Assembly: GCA_905178155.1 (NCBI GenBank) | Contig: CAJINV010000004.1 | Coordinates: forward strand, 5,744,828-5,808,827 | Length of the DNA: 64,000 nucleotides | Source of the DNA: Amoebophrya sp. A120 | Lineage: Eukaryota; Protista; Dinoflagellata | Reading direction: 5' to 3' | Shown: piece after piece, positions 45,301 through 56,300 of the stretch | Layout of the letters: each line of letters opens with the position of its first letter | Position numbering within the stretch: the first letter of the stretch is position 1 | Notes under the pieces: model-generated | Seen by the model: only the letters and a program-made list of their open reading frames with translations | What the model was told of the DNA's origin: nothing | Databases searched by the model: none | Made by a program: the position numbers and the translations under genes

Positions 45301-48273
45301 GGACTGTGACTCGCCAGCCCACCGCTCTAATTCCGTCAAAAGCTTGATGATATCATTTGCGTTGATGCCGTTGCACCGCTGAAGAGCCGCGCCCTTCAGC
45401 TGCTTCTTGACCTCTGCACCTAACGCGTGCAGCTTCTTTGTCTGCACGGGGTCCAGATGGATTTCCTTTCCTTTCATCTTGTCGGCAATTTCTTTCGTTA
45501 CCGCAAGACGCTCTATCTCGCCCTCGACTTTGAATTTCCAGTCTGGATATTCGGTCTTCTGGTCGAGAGTTGGAACCGATGCGCGAACTACTAAATTTCT
45601 AAGCATGGTCTCGGAGAACTGGTCGGATTGAAGCTTGCGCTGCTTCTCGTTCTCGGCTTGTGCGAGACGAGCTTCCTCCTGTTGCTGGTGCAACATTTCT
45701 TTGTGTCGTCGCTCCGTTGCTTCTTTTTCTTCCTTGTGTCGCTTTTCGTCGTCCTTTTTCTTCTTTTCCGCCGCTTCGCGGTCGGCCGTCGCTCTTTCTT
45801 CCGCCGCTTGGCGTGCTTCTTTTTCCGCTTGCATCTGCTCGCGATGCCTTCGCTCCTGCGCGTTGAATTGCTTCTGGAATTGCTGCTGTTGCTGCGCTTG
45901 CTGCGCCTGCATCTGCTGTAGCTGCAGTCTGCTTTGTTCCGCCTGCGCCACCATCATCTGGCTGATCACCATCATGATGTTGGTGTTGTCCGCAGCGCCT
46001 TGTTGCTGCTGCGCGGCGGTTGAGTTTTGTAATGGGCCTCCGCCCAGATTAGGTAAATTCGATGCGGAATAAGAGCCATTTTGATTGAAATTCAAGTTTT
46101 GATTTGTATTGAAATTGGATTGATAATGGGCCTGGAATTGCTGTCCTTGTCCACCAGTACTGCTAGCAGCTGCGTGTTGCATTCCACCAAGACCGGTGGG
46201 TTGCTGCTGCATCCCGACATTCGGATTTTGCTGTTGCGATTGCAAACCCGCATGCTGCTGCTGCAGCAGTCCATCTCCCATGTCGCCAAGAGAGGTGGTG
46301 TCGGGCTGGTGGTGGTCGCTCGCAGCGGGAAAACCCCCGCCAGTACCGGTCGGATCGCCGTCCCCGGTCGCCATGCTGCACCGAGAGATTGGCGATTTAC
46401 TCCCGATGGGTGTGCGTTTTGCTCGTCGGCTCGAGGGTTAGGAGAATGTCTGAACGCCACTCAGACAGGCTCGATAGACGACATGATCATTGGTTGATCG
46501 TTGAGAACTCACGACGTGACTACGGTCGAAGTACAGATTTGCATTGCGTGTAGCATGCGTGTTCGCGTGCAGTGTGTTTGTGTTCTGAGAGCATTCAGCT
46601 CGTGCAACTCCTAAGCCTGACAAGGTTCCAAAGTGAATCGATTGATTGAGGTCGTGCATTAGCATCGGGATTCAAGATGCTTCGTCGTCTAAACACGACC
46701 TGAGTACATCATCATCTTGCACTGAAATGTGCTCAAACAGGAGCTATGGACATCATCATCATCTGATCATCTTCTGTCCAAACGGGACCAAACAGGAGCG
46801 AAAACCTTCAAGGAACATCGGGACTACAGTCGTCCAACAGTCTGGAAGAATCCAACTTGTCATGCTGATTTTGGATTCTAAAAAAATCTATATTGCATGA
46901 GCAGCAAAGAGAGTCCAAGTGTTGCAGTACGGAGACGGAGAGAGCATTTGTCATGCGGAATAGGCATCAGGGAGCCCTCTAAAAATCTGTGATGCTAGGG
47001 CATGCATCACAGACTTGAGGAGTCATGCAAAATGTGCATGACAAAGCCGGCAATCTTCCAGACCCAGACATTTTTACATTTGATACGTCGCGAAGGTAAA
47101 CCAGTCGGATTTCACGTTTTCCGCCTGAAAAACGCGGTACTGGATCGCCGCCGCTGAGGGAAAATGCGGTTCCCAGTCGAGAAGTACAGAATGGAAAAAC
47201 CCGGTGTCACGAAATTGGTTCGGGCCCGTGATGTTGCTGGGGGCGCCACACATGTCGGAGGCCGAGTAGAAGTGGCTGGGGTGTTTCGCGGTGGCGAAGA
47301 CGGATTTAGTAGAGGAGGACGTTGTTGTGCCCGCGCCGCACAACTCCGCGCAGCGAAACTCGACGGTAGGAGGGTGAACTGCAACTTTAGCGCTGTCAAC
47401 ATGAACTGGTTGATCATGCTGTCGTGCTACCGCCTGCACCTGCTGCTGCTGCAGCGCCGTGTTGTACTCCGTTCCGGAATTCCAGGTAGCCCACATGGCG
47501 GAATCGCCCGTCTTCCTTCCCGCGAAAGACAAGTGCACCTGCGTCGGCTCCAGTTTGGAATACTCGAAGGAGATTAGCTCCGATTCCCCGAGGCAGACTA
47601 TGGTCTTGTCGCTAGTCCGACTGTCCTTCATTCCTCGAAAGTAGCGCAGCTGGTACTTGTCACGCATGTTCAACAGGCGGAAAGTGAAGCTCGTGCGGGA
47701 TTTAATATCATCTCCTGTATTTCTGGCGGTTCGTTTGTCGTGTTTCGTCTTCACCTTCACGGGTAAAAAGTCAACGTACTCGTCGTGCTCCGAGTCCGCC
47801 GGGCTGTAGATCCCCACCCAGTCCTCGTCGCTTGTGTCGGCGGTAAGAGCGGAAGCTTCATCAAGCGCCAAGTCATTTGTACTAGCAGTTTTCATGCTGT
47901 TCATGGGTGATGGATTTCTCGGACTCCACTTCACCTCTACCTCGTCCAACGACCGCTTCGGACTGGGATTCTTGATGGTGAACTGAAATTCAGCTTTACA
48001 GGCAGAGGCATCGAGAGGACTGTTCTTCATCTTCTTGTCGGCTTTCTTGCTTTTGTCAAAAAACGGCACTGCGTCTGTGTGCAGGTGCGGAACACCGGCG
48101 GCGCCACTCCAGGGCTCCGTGCGGGGCCGCGCGATGTTGGTTGCCGTGACCACATTGATCACTTGAAATGCACCTGCCATTAGTGAAAAACAAAGCAGCA
48201 GGGGCAGGCTCGACATCAAGTGACGCCCCAGCCGCAGCCGGGACGATATTCCTTGCTGGCGCGCGTCCGTCAT
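42301..48273 (-). CDS. Purple acid phosphatase (metallophosphoesterase with N-terminal FN3-like domains), probably secreted
   Basis: Motifs YADHG, GDLAY, GNHEYD (formed across an introner junction), DSKGECAVP, TSHRP and GHYH. N-terminal hydrophobic segment. Five introners are removed in frame. Confidence 0.9.
43191..43456. mobile_element. Introner family B (266 bp)
   Basis: Family B TIR. Repeat GTTGT/GTCGT (4/5). Confidence 0.88.
43580..43796. mobile_element. Introner family F (217 bp)
   Basis: TATC.CA.GAAAAA.GTG.TTACAGTT.CAC ends. Direct repeat TTGCG. Confidence 0.88.
43845..43981. mobile_element. Introner family A (137 bp)
   Basis: Family A TIR. Repeat TTCCG/TCCCG. Splits the GNHE metal-binding motif. 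Confidence 0.9.
44048..44209. mobile_element. Introner family A (162 bp)
   Basis: Family A TIR. Direct repeat CAGCT. Confidence 0.9.
44707..46839 (-). mobile_element. Internally deleted Ty1/copia-like LTR retrotransposon (gag only)
   Basis: TG...CA ends with 5-bp TSD GTCTG (44702-44706 and 46840-46844). Full LTR 46447-46839 and an ~86-bp LTR remnant at 44707-44792. No pol. Confidence 0.88.
44830..46374 (-). CDS. gag: Copia-type Gag, Gln-rich N-terminus, truncated at the zinc knuckle
   Basis: YPDWKFKVE and LLGGMPRCFDPVVSRL resemble copia gag blocks. The ORF ends at CYTYGK, running into LTR-derived repeats. Confidence 0.75.
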   Translation of the reverse strand: MATGDGDPTGTGGGFPAASDHHQPDTTSLGDMGDGLLQQQHAGLQSQQQNPNVGMQQQPTGLGGMQHAAASSTGGQGQQFQAHYQSNFNTNQNLNFNQNGSYSASNLPNLGGGPLQNSTAAQQQQGAADNTNIMMVISQMMVAQAEQSRLQLQQMQAQQAQQQQQFQKQFNAQERRHREQMQAEKEARQAAEERATADREAAEKKKKDDEKRHKEEKEATERRHKEMLHQQQEEARLAQAENEKQRKLQSDQFSETMLRNLVVRASVPTLDQKTEYPDWKFKVEGEIERLAVTKEIADKMKGKEIHLDPVQTKKLHALGAEVKKQLKGAALQRCNGINANDIIKLLTELERWAGESQSEYDKTTTEQRLTQENWDPKKMGLEAWVAEKFRLARLLPETCPEGPIMESRMRAVLLGGMPRCFDPVVSRLRTKPPKTWQEIEKELVDWDKTESGKDKDESKPGSVFVTIEDVQSQIKDALDKNSSTSASSNANSDYNYCEEADLCYTYGKSKNYTS

Positions 48274-49180
48274 CTTGTCCCTCCCGAGCAGCGCAGCATC
48301 AAACTATAACCTGCTCCTATTTTATTTTTGCTCTCGATCGATGTAACTCTGACTCAGAAAAAAACCCATAGCACACACCTTTGTCTACTGAAACATCAGT
48401 TTGGGGAAACTGCGAGTTGTGCTGCTTTGCATCCTACTTCTGACTGTGTAGAGTCAAAAAAAAGCGGAGAGAAAAACAGTTTTACTATTATGCGACGTCC
48501 TTTGCAGAAATCTCGTTTCAGTTGCTACAATCTACTCGTCACCCGTGCTCCTCGTTTCTTCTGTGCGATGGCGATCTCAAGTGGTCTCTCGTCGTGGTAG
48601 GCTAGTTCTTGTTGTCTCATTCATATTCAAACACTGCAGTTCCAGTTTCTGTCAGCTTGGAACACCTTGCTTTGCGTGATTCACGCGAAAGATGAACAGG
48701 GCGCAAGCAATAGGACCACGCGGGTTCTTGTCCCCGCCTGTAGCTAGAAGATGAAAGTACAAGTAGCAAATTCATTTTAGCGGGCTGCTGATGTGCATGT
48801 GCAGCTAGCACTAGTAGTAAGTTCTCACTCAATATTCACTTTTATCAGCTTCCGATGTGCAGTTTGTGTGGCTACAACCTTGGGTTGTTCAGCAATATGC
48901 GTACTATGCCGAGAAGCAAGCTTTTGAAGAGAGCTCAGCATAATTTTTATTTTTTCAATTTGCAATAGTAAAATCAAAAACAAAATTGGAGTCCGTCTGG
49001 TTCGCTTGTGAGGTTGTTTTAAGTCACAAGTTGTGATTTTAAAAAAATAAATTTGTGCTAAAAATTTTATCGGTTTGTGTAAGTTTTGTTCATAAAAATC
49101 ATCATTACATACAGGACTTTAGCGACAACTGCCGTGGAGTTAACATCAACAGCAGGAGCGTCATAGCGACGGGGGCGTGC

Positions 49181-50012
49181 TTAGGAGTTGTAATGAAACG
49201 AGGGCGGCATCTCTTCTGAGCACCGCAAACCGCGCGACGACCACTTCCCGAAGCAAATCACTTTCCCCCAGTATCCGTTTTCGGTGTGGAAGCAGCGCGC
49301 TGGATTCTCGGCTGAGGCTCCCCCCCAGCCCCAACCCTTGGGCACCCTGCAGAAGCACTCTCCACCCGAGGACAGACCAGTGTCACACCCCCAATTTAAC
49401 CGCCCCAAATTCGTGTTGACCATTTCCACGAGTCCGACGTCGTCGATGGGTTGGTTGGGATACGGGTGTATGAACTGCAAAAGTATCGCACTCGTATAAA
49501 TGCATTACAAATTTCTTCAGCGTGAGAAATAAAATTTGTCATGCGGATTTACCTCTAAGAAAAAAACTTGTAATGCATGACTGCAATTACTACGAGTACG
49601 ATACTTTTGCACAGGATAGGGTGATGCGGATGCGTGGTTGTTAGTGGTTGCCTCTCTTCCAGTTCGTGGGGCGCGTCGTAAAACCAATCCGAAAACCAGC
49701 CCCCACCGGTTTCGGCTGGCTGTTGGGCCTTGTCCTCGGGCTCGTCGTCCCAAAACGAAAACCAGCTCCCATCAGATTGCTTCTCCAACACTGCGCTTTT
49801 CGCCTTCGCGGCATCGCCGTGCTCCTCAGATTTTTCCGGGCCGCGCAGACTGTTGCCACTGGCGGGCTTGGAGTCTCCGTTCGGGAGGGTCTCCAGTTCC
49901 ATGGTGCCTGCCGGGCGGGGGGGGGGTCAATCGCCTTGCAAAGGGCGACTGAACCCCACGCGGCGTTCCAGAGGAAAAACGTCTTCATCATCTCCCACGC
50001 CAACATCATACT
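49181..50012 (-). CDS. Small Cys/Gly/Trp-rich protein, probably secreted; 5' end uncertain
   Basis: ORF 49555-49902 joins ORF 49181-49480 in frame across introner 49469-49618. A signal-like N-terminus lies in another frame, separated by a G10 run at 49917-49926. Confidence 0.55.
49469..49618. mobile_element. Introner family A (150 bp)
   Basis: Family A TIR. Direct repeat GGGTG. Confidence 0.92.
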
Positions 50013-51194
50013 TGGAACACGGAAAAGGGGTGAGGTGCGTGGTACTAACACGAGTTGCCCTATACGGTTTGGAATTGAGTGCAAAAATTAAATTTACTCC
50101 GCTTAAATCTGGCACGTGGTGATGCGAGTGATACGTAGATGCTCTGAGTGGAGCTTTATTGTGCTTGACTACCCTTTCCAAGTCCAACGCAAGCCACTCA
50201 TCTCACTGTTGCTGAAAGACCACATGCACTCCACGTCTACGTACCTCTATCACCAGTAGCGCAACTAAAAAATAACACTGCTTACCTCGCCTACCAAATG
50301 GCCACTATGTTAATTTTCAACTCCACGAAGGCGTCAACAATTCTGAATCTGTTTTTGTGCTCTCTCCATCTACTTTGCAAGCCTGTAAATTCACTCACAA
50401 ACCGTCCCGGCCTCGCTCGTCGTCGTCGTGTTTCATCGTTATAAACTATCCAAATCCACCTACACGAATTTTCTGTTGCGAAATTCTTTCGCGCTGTTCT
50501 CTCGGCACTGCTTGTATCGCAGCAACGACGATCACCTTGGAACACCGTACTTTGCCTGATTCGCGACAGATGACTAGGACGCAAACAATAGGACCACGCG
50601 GGTCATTCCCGCCTAAAGCTAGAAGATGACAAGCAGCAAATTTATTCTAGCGGGCTACTGTTGATATGCAGCTAGAAAGCTCTCACCCAATATTTCTTTT
50701 CATCAATTGATGATGTGTAGTTTGTGGTCTTTGGTTGTTCATCGATATGTTGCGTATGCCGAGAGGCAATCTTTTGAAGAGAGCTCAGCAAAATAAAAAC
50801 GATCAAACCGCAGTCAGAAGTCCATACCCGAAAGAGGGCTGTAGCCCTCTTTATTCCTGACAGTACTAATGCCTCTTTATTCCTTAGACAGTAATAGTGT
50901 CAATTTGTTTTCCTTCGACACCAAACGCAGAAGAAGTTTTGCAATTCTTCACCTGTGTCTTCCCTTTATACGCGAGGTTGTGTCAACATCAAACTAAAAG
51001 TAAAACTCTAATATGTAAAAATATGAGTTAGAGTTCCCTATGAGGGCAGTGTGAGTTCATAACAGTATAGTTACTCAAAGACCACGCGGTTGGTCGATAC
51101 CAATCCCGAAGTTTTATTAAAGACCACGTAGGAGGTCATCTAGATACAGAGCAAGCAGGTACTTCTGCCCCATCTGGGTAGCGCAAATACTCAC

Positions 51195-52184
51195 TCACGG
51201 GGTGGCTGCGGCATAGAAGTCCTCCGGGGTGCCTGCGTTGCTATTCCCCGCATCAATTTCGGCCTGGAAGGGCGGGGTGGCTGCGTTGCTCTTCTCTGCC
51301 TTAATCTTGGCATAGAACCGTCGGACTTCCCCGAGAAACGCCTGTACAAAATTATTATTTTTTGGGTATGGCTGAAAAGGAGCGACTACAGACTTCTGCA
51401 AGGAGTAAAGAACTCAAGAGTTGTATCTATGATCATGGTTGAGATGATGAAGAAAAGGGTATTTATAAGTACCTTCCCGCGCACGCTGGATCCTCCCGCG
51501 GGACAAAATCCGTCGACGTTCAGGTTATGCATTGCAAAAGTATCGCACTCGTACTGATTGCGTTTATGCATTACAAATCGAAATCTCTTTACCAAGGGAA
51601 ATCCGCATTATTTAGTTTGGAATGCCAAGTGAATTTGTAATGCAATTTATACTAGTACGATACTTCTGCTCTGGATACAGGTACTCGCGCGCCATTTTCA
51701 TCGCACGATTCCAACCGTGAATGTTCTTGAACATTTTTTTTCCGTTTTCACTGACTTTCGCCGACACAATCTTGCCATACTTGTTCTTCCGCAGATCATC
51801 TTTGGTAAGTCCGCCCTGCGTCTTCTCCTTGGACCCAGCCAGCACCTTACGGCGAGCCAATTTTCCCTTGGCAATCTTCGACTCGCGGCCGTTCTTCTTG
51901 GCGCCGCGCTTTTTGGTAGTTTTCATAACCTTCATAGAAGCGGGCTTTTTCACCACCTTCTTCATCGCAACAACAATTTTTTTGTTTTTCGCCGCTTGTT
52001 TCATCGGAGGAACTTTTTTCATAGCTTTTTTCATCGCAGGAACCCGCTTCTCCGCTGCCTTCGCCTTTTTCATAGGTCGCGCGGCGGCATCGGAAGCAAT
52101 AGCCTTCTTCATGGCCTTCTTCATGGCGGGAGCAGGAGCCTTCGCTTTGGCTTTCTTCATCGGAAGAGCCGCCTTCTTGGCCAT
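51195..52184 (-). CDS. DVNP: Dinoflagellate/viral nucleoprotein, 233 aa
   Basis: MKKAMK-rich N-terminus and SKIAKGKLARRKVLAGSKEKTQGGLTKDDLRKNKYGKIVS...W...AREYLNVDGFCPAGG. Exons 51678-52184, 51473-51520 and 51195-51341 (GT-AG intron 51342-51472). Confidence 0.92.
51526..51677. mobile_element. Introner family A (152 bp)
   Basis: Family A TIR. Direct repeat CAGGT. Confidence 0.92.
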
Positions 52185-53371
52185 TTTGCTGCGGACAAAA
52201 GGAGTGATCGTCGATGTTATGTACTTTAATATTCTGGGAAGAAGTGAACTTGGGTTTTTATTAGACGTGGTGTTGAATGATCTGTGTGGAGATAAACTTG
52301 CTTTGAAAACTCGTTGGGGTAAAAACGCGAAGTAACTGTCGTCTACTGAAGCAATAGCTGACGACGACGAGTGTAGCTGTGAGCGCTGCTTTCTTAGTTT
52401 GTTCATTTCTTGTTTTATTGGCTAATCCTCCGGGAGGGGTAAATAGAGATTGTGATTGACATTGATACCAGCGATAATTAAGACCATGACGTTCTTGTGA
52501 GATTCTTTACGGGCCGCAATATTTATTGAGCTAGCGAGGCAGCAACAATCAAAGGACCAGAAGCCGGCTCTTGCCTTAGATAGACAGTTTCTTCAAAAGA
52601 TCGCGATGGATAGCAGCAACGAGAATAGACTGCGACTACTAGATCCCTGAAGTCTTCACGTTTTGCTGGTCATCTCATCTACAGAAGGATCTTTGTTCAG
52701 GCTCACGTGGAGGTCACTCGTCCCTCGCGGAACCTTCCAATACAGAACTTCCAACGGTTTGGAGCGAGCGAGTGGGTGGAGCGGCCCGCGTCCGCCCTTG
52801 TAGAGATAGCTAGTAGATCTAGATCGTCCTCGTTAATAAGGGAATGCTGCGACTACCGAAAAACGAGGGCGCTTCTGATCTTCGCATCAAGTCGCTGTAG
52901 CAAGTAGCCGCCAGAAGGCACTATAGCGCCAGAACCCGGAGCCATCTTCTATTCTCTCGCCGTCGATGAATACCACGTCAACAATTTTCATCGACGGAAC
53001 TTCGTACATGGCCGCGAAGTGCGCTTTCTATATCACCCGCCAAAGTTTAAGTTTGGCCCTTTTCATCACCCACACGGTCGTGGGTACACAGGTAGGGGAG
53101 GAACGACAAAAAGAAAATAAGAAGAACGCCGAATGTTGCGCAATGTATTGCCTTTACATCACCGGCACTTCACTAGCACAGCCGACGAAAAATGTGCGGC
53201 AGCGTCCTTCTCTGTCCTGCCTCGTTTGAGAGCAGCCACCTTGCTCTTGAGACTGACCGCACGCCGCCGCTGGCCCGCCGCAAAACTGCACAAGCACTTA
53301 GCGGGCATCAGCTTGGAGACTTTCCACAGCCCGAACCTCGCGAATCGCCGCCCTACTTTTCCGCGCCTTGC

Positions 53372-56300
53372 TCACCTCTTTCGCACGCCGGTCGTGAGTG
53401 ACGGGGAAGCGGCTGCGTTCTTTTGGCACTTCTTCTGCAGGCTCTTCGGCAGCGGTTTATCCTTGTAAAAGGAGTCCGTAGCGGCGTAGAGTTCCTGCGG
53501 ACATCCAGAATTGAAGACAGTTTATTTCGCAACAAAGCATCAAGCCAACTAGAACTACCGAAACAACCAAAAAGCACCACGCTGCGCTGCCGCTGGCGCA
53601 CTAGGTTACAAATAACAATAGCAGTCCAGCGAGCTAATACCAAGCGCGAAAGCGTACGGCTGCGCTTCTTGTTCTACAGCTGCGCAAAATGTTTTATGCC
53701 TTCCCCTGCTTGGTTTTTCCGCCCATCGGGCAGAAGCCTTCGATACCTAAAAACTTTCTTCCCTCCACCGTGGCAGCAATCCACTTGCTTTCTTCGCCTT
53801 GCTTGGAGTTTTATGCTGTGCAAAAGTAATATCTTCGCAGGCATGAACTACGTGTGGCAATCATCAATCACGCAAGACAAATCTCGCTGCCAAGGGAGAT
53901 CGACGGCGCAAACTCTATTGTGCTCCTTGCTGAGCAATAGACCTGCCATAGATAACGCAACACAAATGGTTAATTTCCCGGCGCGAAGATAGTTATTCTT
54001 GCAGTGCTTAGCTTCTTCTTCGAGACAACCTTCCCCGCTTTCGACTTCTTCAGATCGTCCTTCTTCAGCCCCCCCGCGGTCTTCTCCTTCTTGCCCTTGA
54101 AAGCTTGCGACTTCGCCTGTTTGCCTCGCGCGATCTTGTTGCTGGGCTTGGCCTCCTTTTTCGCTGCGGTTTTCTTGGCGCTTTTCTGCTTTTCTTCACT
54201 CTTCTTCTTCACCGCAGGAGTGGGCGCTCTTGCAGCAGCTGCAGGATCCTTCCTCTGCTTCGTAGCTTCGCTCGGAAGATCCGTTTTCATCGCCGACAAC
54301 TCACGATCTGTGTCTTTTTTCTTTGTGCTTTTTTTCGAAGTTGTTGTGCTCTCTCCTGCAACCGGAGCCATGCTCTTTCTCCCCATGCTTCTTTTCGGTT
54401 TCGCTGGCCCTTTGGCTACATCAAGTTCCGGAGTGGGTATCGGAAGCAGAGGAACTGGCGCGGCCGGCTCTGAAGACACACCCGCCACTGCTGGGGCCGC
54501 GGCGCCCTTATTGGTATTAAGCTTCCGCTTTTTCCGATTATGCGCGGAAAAAGGTTGTGCTACAGTTGCACACTGTGTTGCAGGCCATGCAAAAGAGCCA
54601 AGCCCTTTCATGTCGGATATTTACGGCCCCGTGCCATATCGCGTCTCTGTTTTCTCTTGAAGATATGATTTTTGCATATGCAAATTTTCTCTGTCACGCA
54701 GAGCAGATTTGTGCTGCTGGCGCTGCAAGTATATTGAACTGCACCACTAATCTTTTCATGGGATATTGCATTGGCGGCCCAGCAATCACATCGTGGTTGT
54801 CCGCAAGAAGGTCGTCCTCCTCGTCCTCGATGAAGTCATTGCCACCTGCTTCATATGCATGGCAAAAGTATCGCACTCATGCTAATGGCAATACAACTGC
54901 GTGACAAGTGAGATTGTAGTTACATTAGACTTAAGGGCAATGTGAAAAATGAAAATGAAAATCAGCATAGACAAATTCAAAATGCGACTTTTTCGCTACG
55001 AAAATTCATAAGTGATGCAATATTACTTACGCGATAGTGATGCAATACTTACGAATAGCGCGATAGTTTTGATGCATACCACAAGCGAGATCCCGCTCTC
55101 GTCCTGGGGCATCGCGATCGGCAGGACAGGTTGACTCTCATCTGTCGGCACTTTTCCTCCTTTCGCCTTCGAGCTTTTCCGTTTTTTCTCCCCCTTTGCA
55201 GCCTGCTCGCCCTGCGCCTGCGTCGCTCCTGCTTTAGCTGTTGCTTGCCTGCTCCTCGTTGCCTTCTTCTGCGACTGCGCTGTTGCTTTGGTAGCTGCCG
55301 GCGTAGTGTCCACTTCCACCGGTGGCACTGGCGCCACATCGTTGCCATATATTTTCTCGGGATTCCGATTGATCTCCTTCTCCTCGCCCGCCTTCTTCTT
55401 CGATTTCCGACCCCTGGCTGGCGGCTCCGCCTTGCTCTTCTTCCCTTCTTTTGCGTCCATCTTGCCTTTGTTGTGGTCCTCCGCGGCTGGCGATGAAAAC
55501 GCCACCGCCGGCGGTTTGTCCCCAGCCTTCCCCTTGAGCGATGCCTTGGCTTTTTTGTCAGCTTTCTTTTCAATATCAACAAGTGCAAATATATGTCTGG
55601 GTCCGCATGATAAGTGCTGGTATCTGTCATGGTGTTTTTACATGGGCCACGGGCCTGGCTAGGTCTTTCAATGCGTAATAAGCATGACAGATTCCGTCTT
55701 GCGGTGACACGAAATAATCACCTTGTAATACTGTCCATGCATGGGAGACTTTCGTGTGATCTAAAATGCGCATCACAAGTGGTTTACATCCTTCCAGACA
55801 CAGACATATTTCGTATGTGAAATGCATATAATTCAATCTTCGCGACCTCCTCGTCCTCGGCCTTTACTTGTGGAAAAACAGAGGCAACACCAGCTGCCGC
55901 CTTCTATCCTGCGTAGAAACGTCCCCGCCACAAACTTGCCATGCAAATGTGCATGTTGATGCTTCCAAAACGGAATGCTAATGCTTCTCATGCGGAGTTC
56001 CATGAAAAGCGTTTTCAAGTGCTGATGCTGGGATCAGTGAAGACGCTAGATCCGTGACGCTGCTGCAATAGCTAAGCACGACTAGAAAGCAAGCCCGCAC
56101 TGACTTATCATGCGCATCAACAACCAGCAATGCTTGCTGATTAGTCTTTCATGATAATATTTCTCCCCATCTTGACGCTGGGGTGGGGACGTATTCAAAA
56201 CACAGGATACATTCGTCAAGCTCTTCCTCTTTTTCTTTTCTTTTTTTTCGTCACCAGCAGGGGTTGTCCGCACAACTACACCTTTCGCGGATATCAAATC

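Larger units (their letters stand above)
44680..47085. mobile_element. Family-B introner (268 bp when empty) containing an LTR element
   Basis: TATCAA.TGTAAAA.TGTCTGGGTCTG ends. Direct repeat CGTCG. Removal joins FTFAT|PLQPDPD. Confidence 0.9.
48656..50790. repeat. Pair of ~270-bp imperfect direct repeats (48656-48940 and 50536-50790)
   Basis: Shared blocks CTTGGAACACC, CAATAGGACCACGCGGGT, AGCTAGAAGATGA and CTTTTGAAGAGAGCTCAGCA. Confidence 0.85.

Noticed and set aside
51612-52406. Histone H1 call, and the 264-aa ORF as given
   Set aside because: The core matches DVNP. The likely start is ATG 52184, and the ORF's C-terminus is introner read-through.
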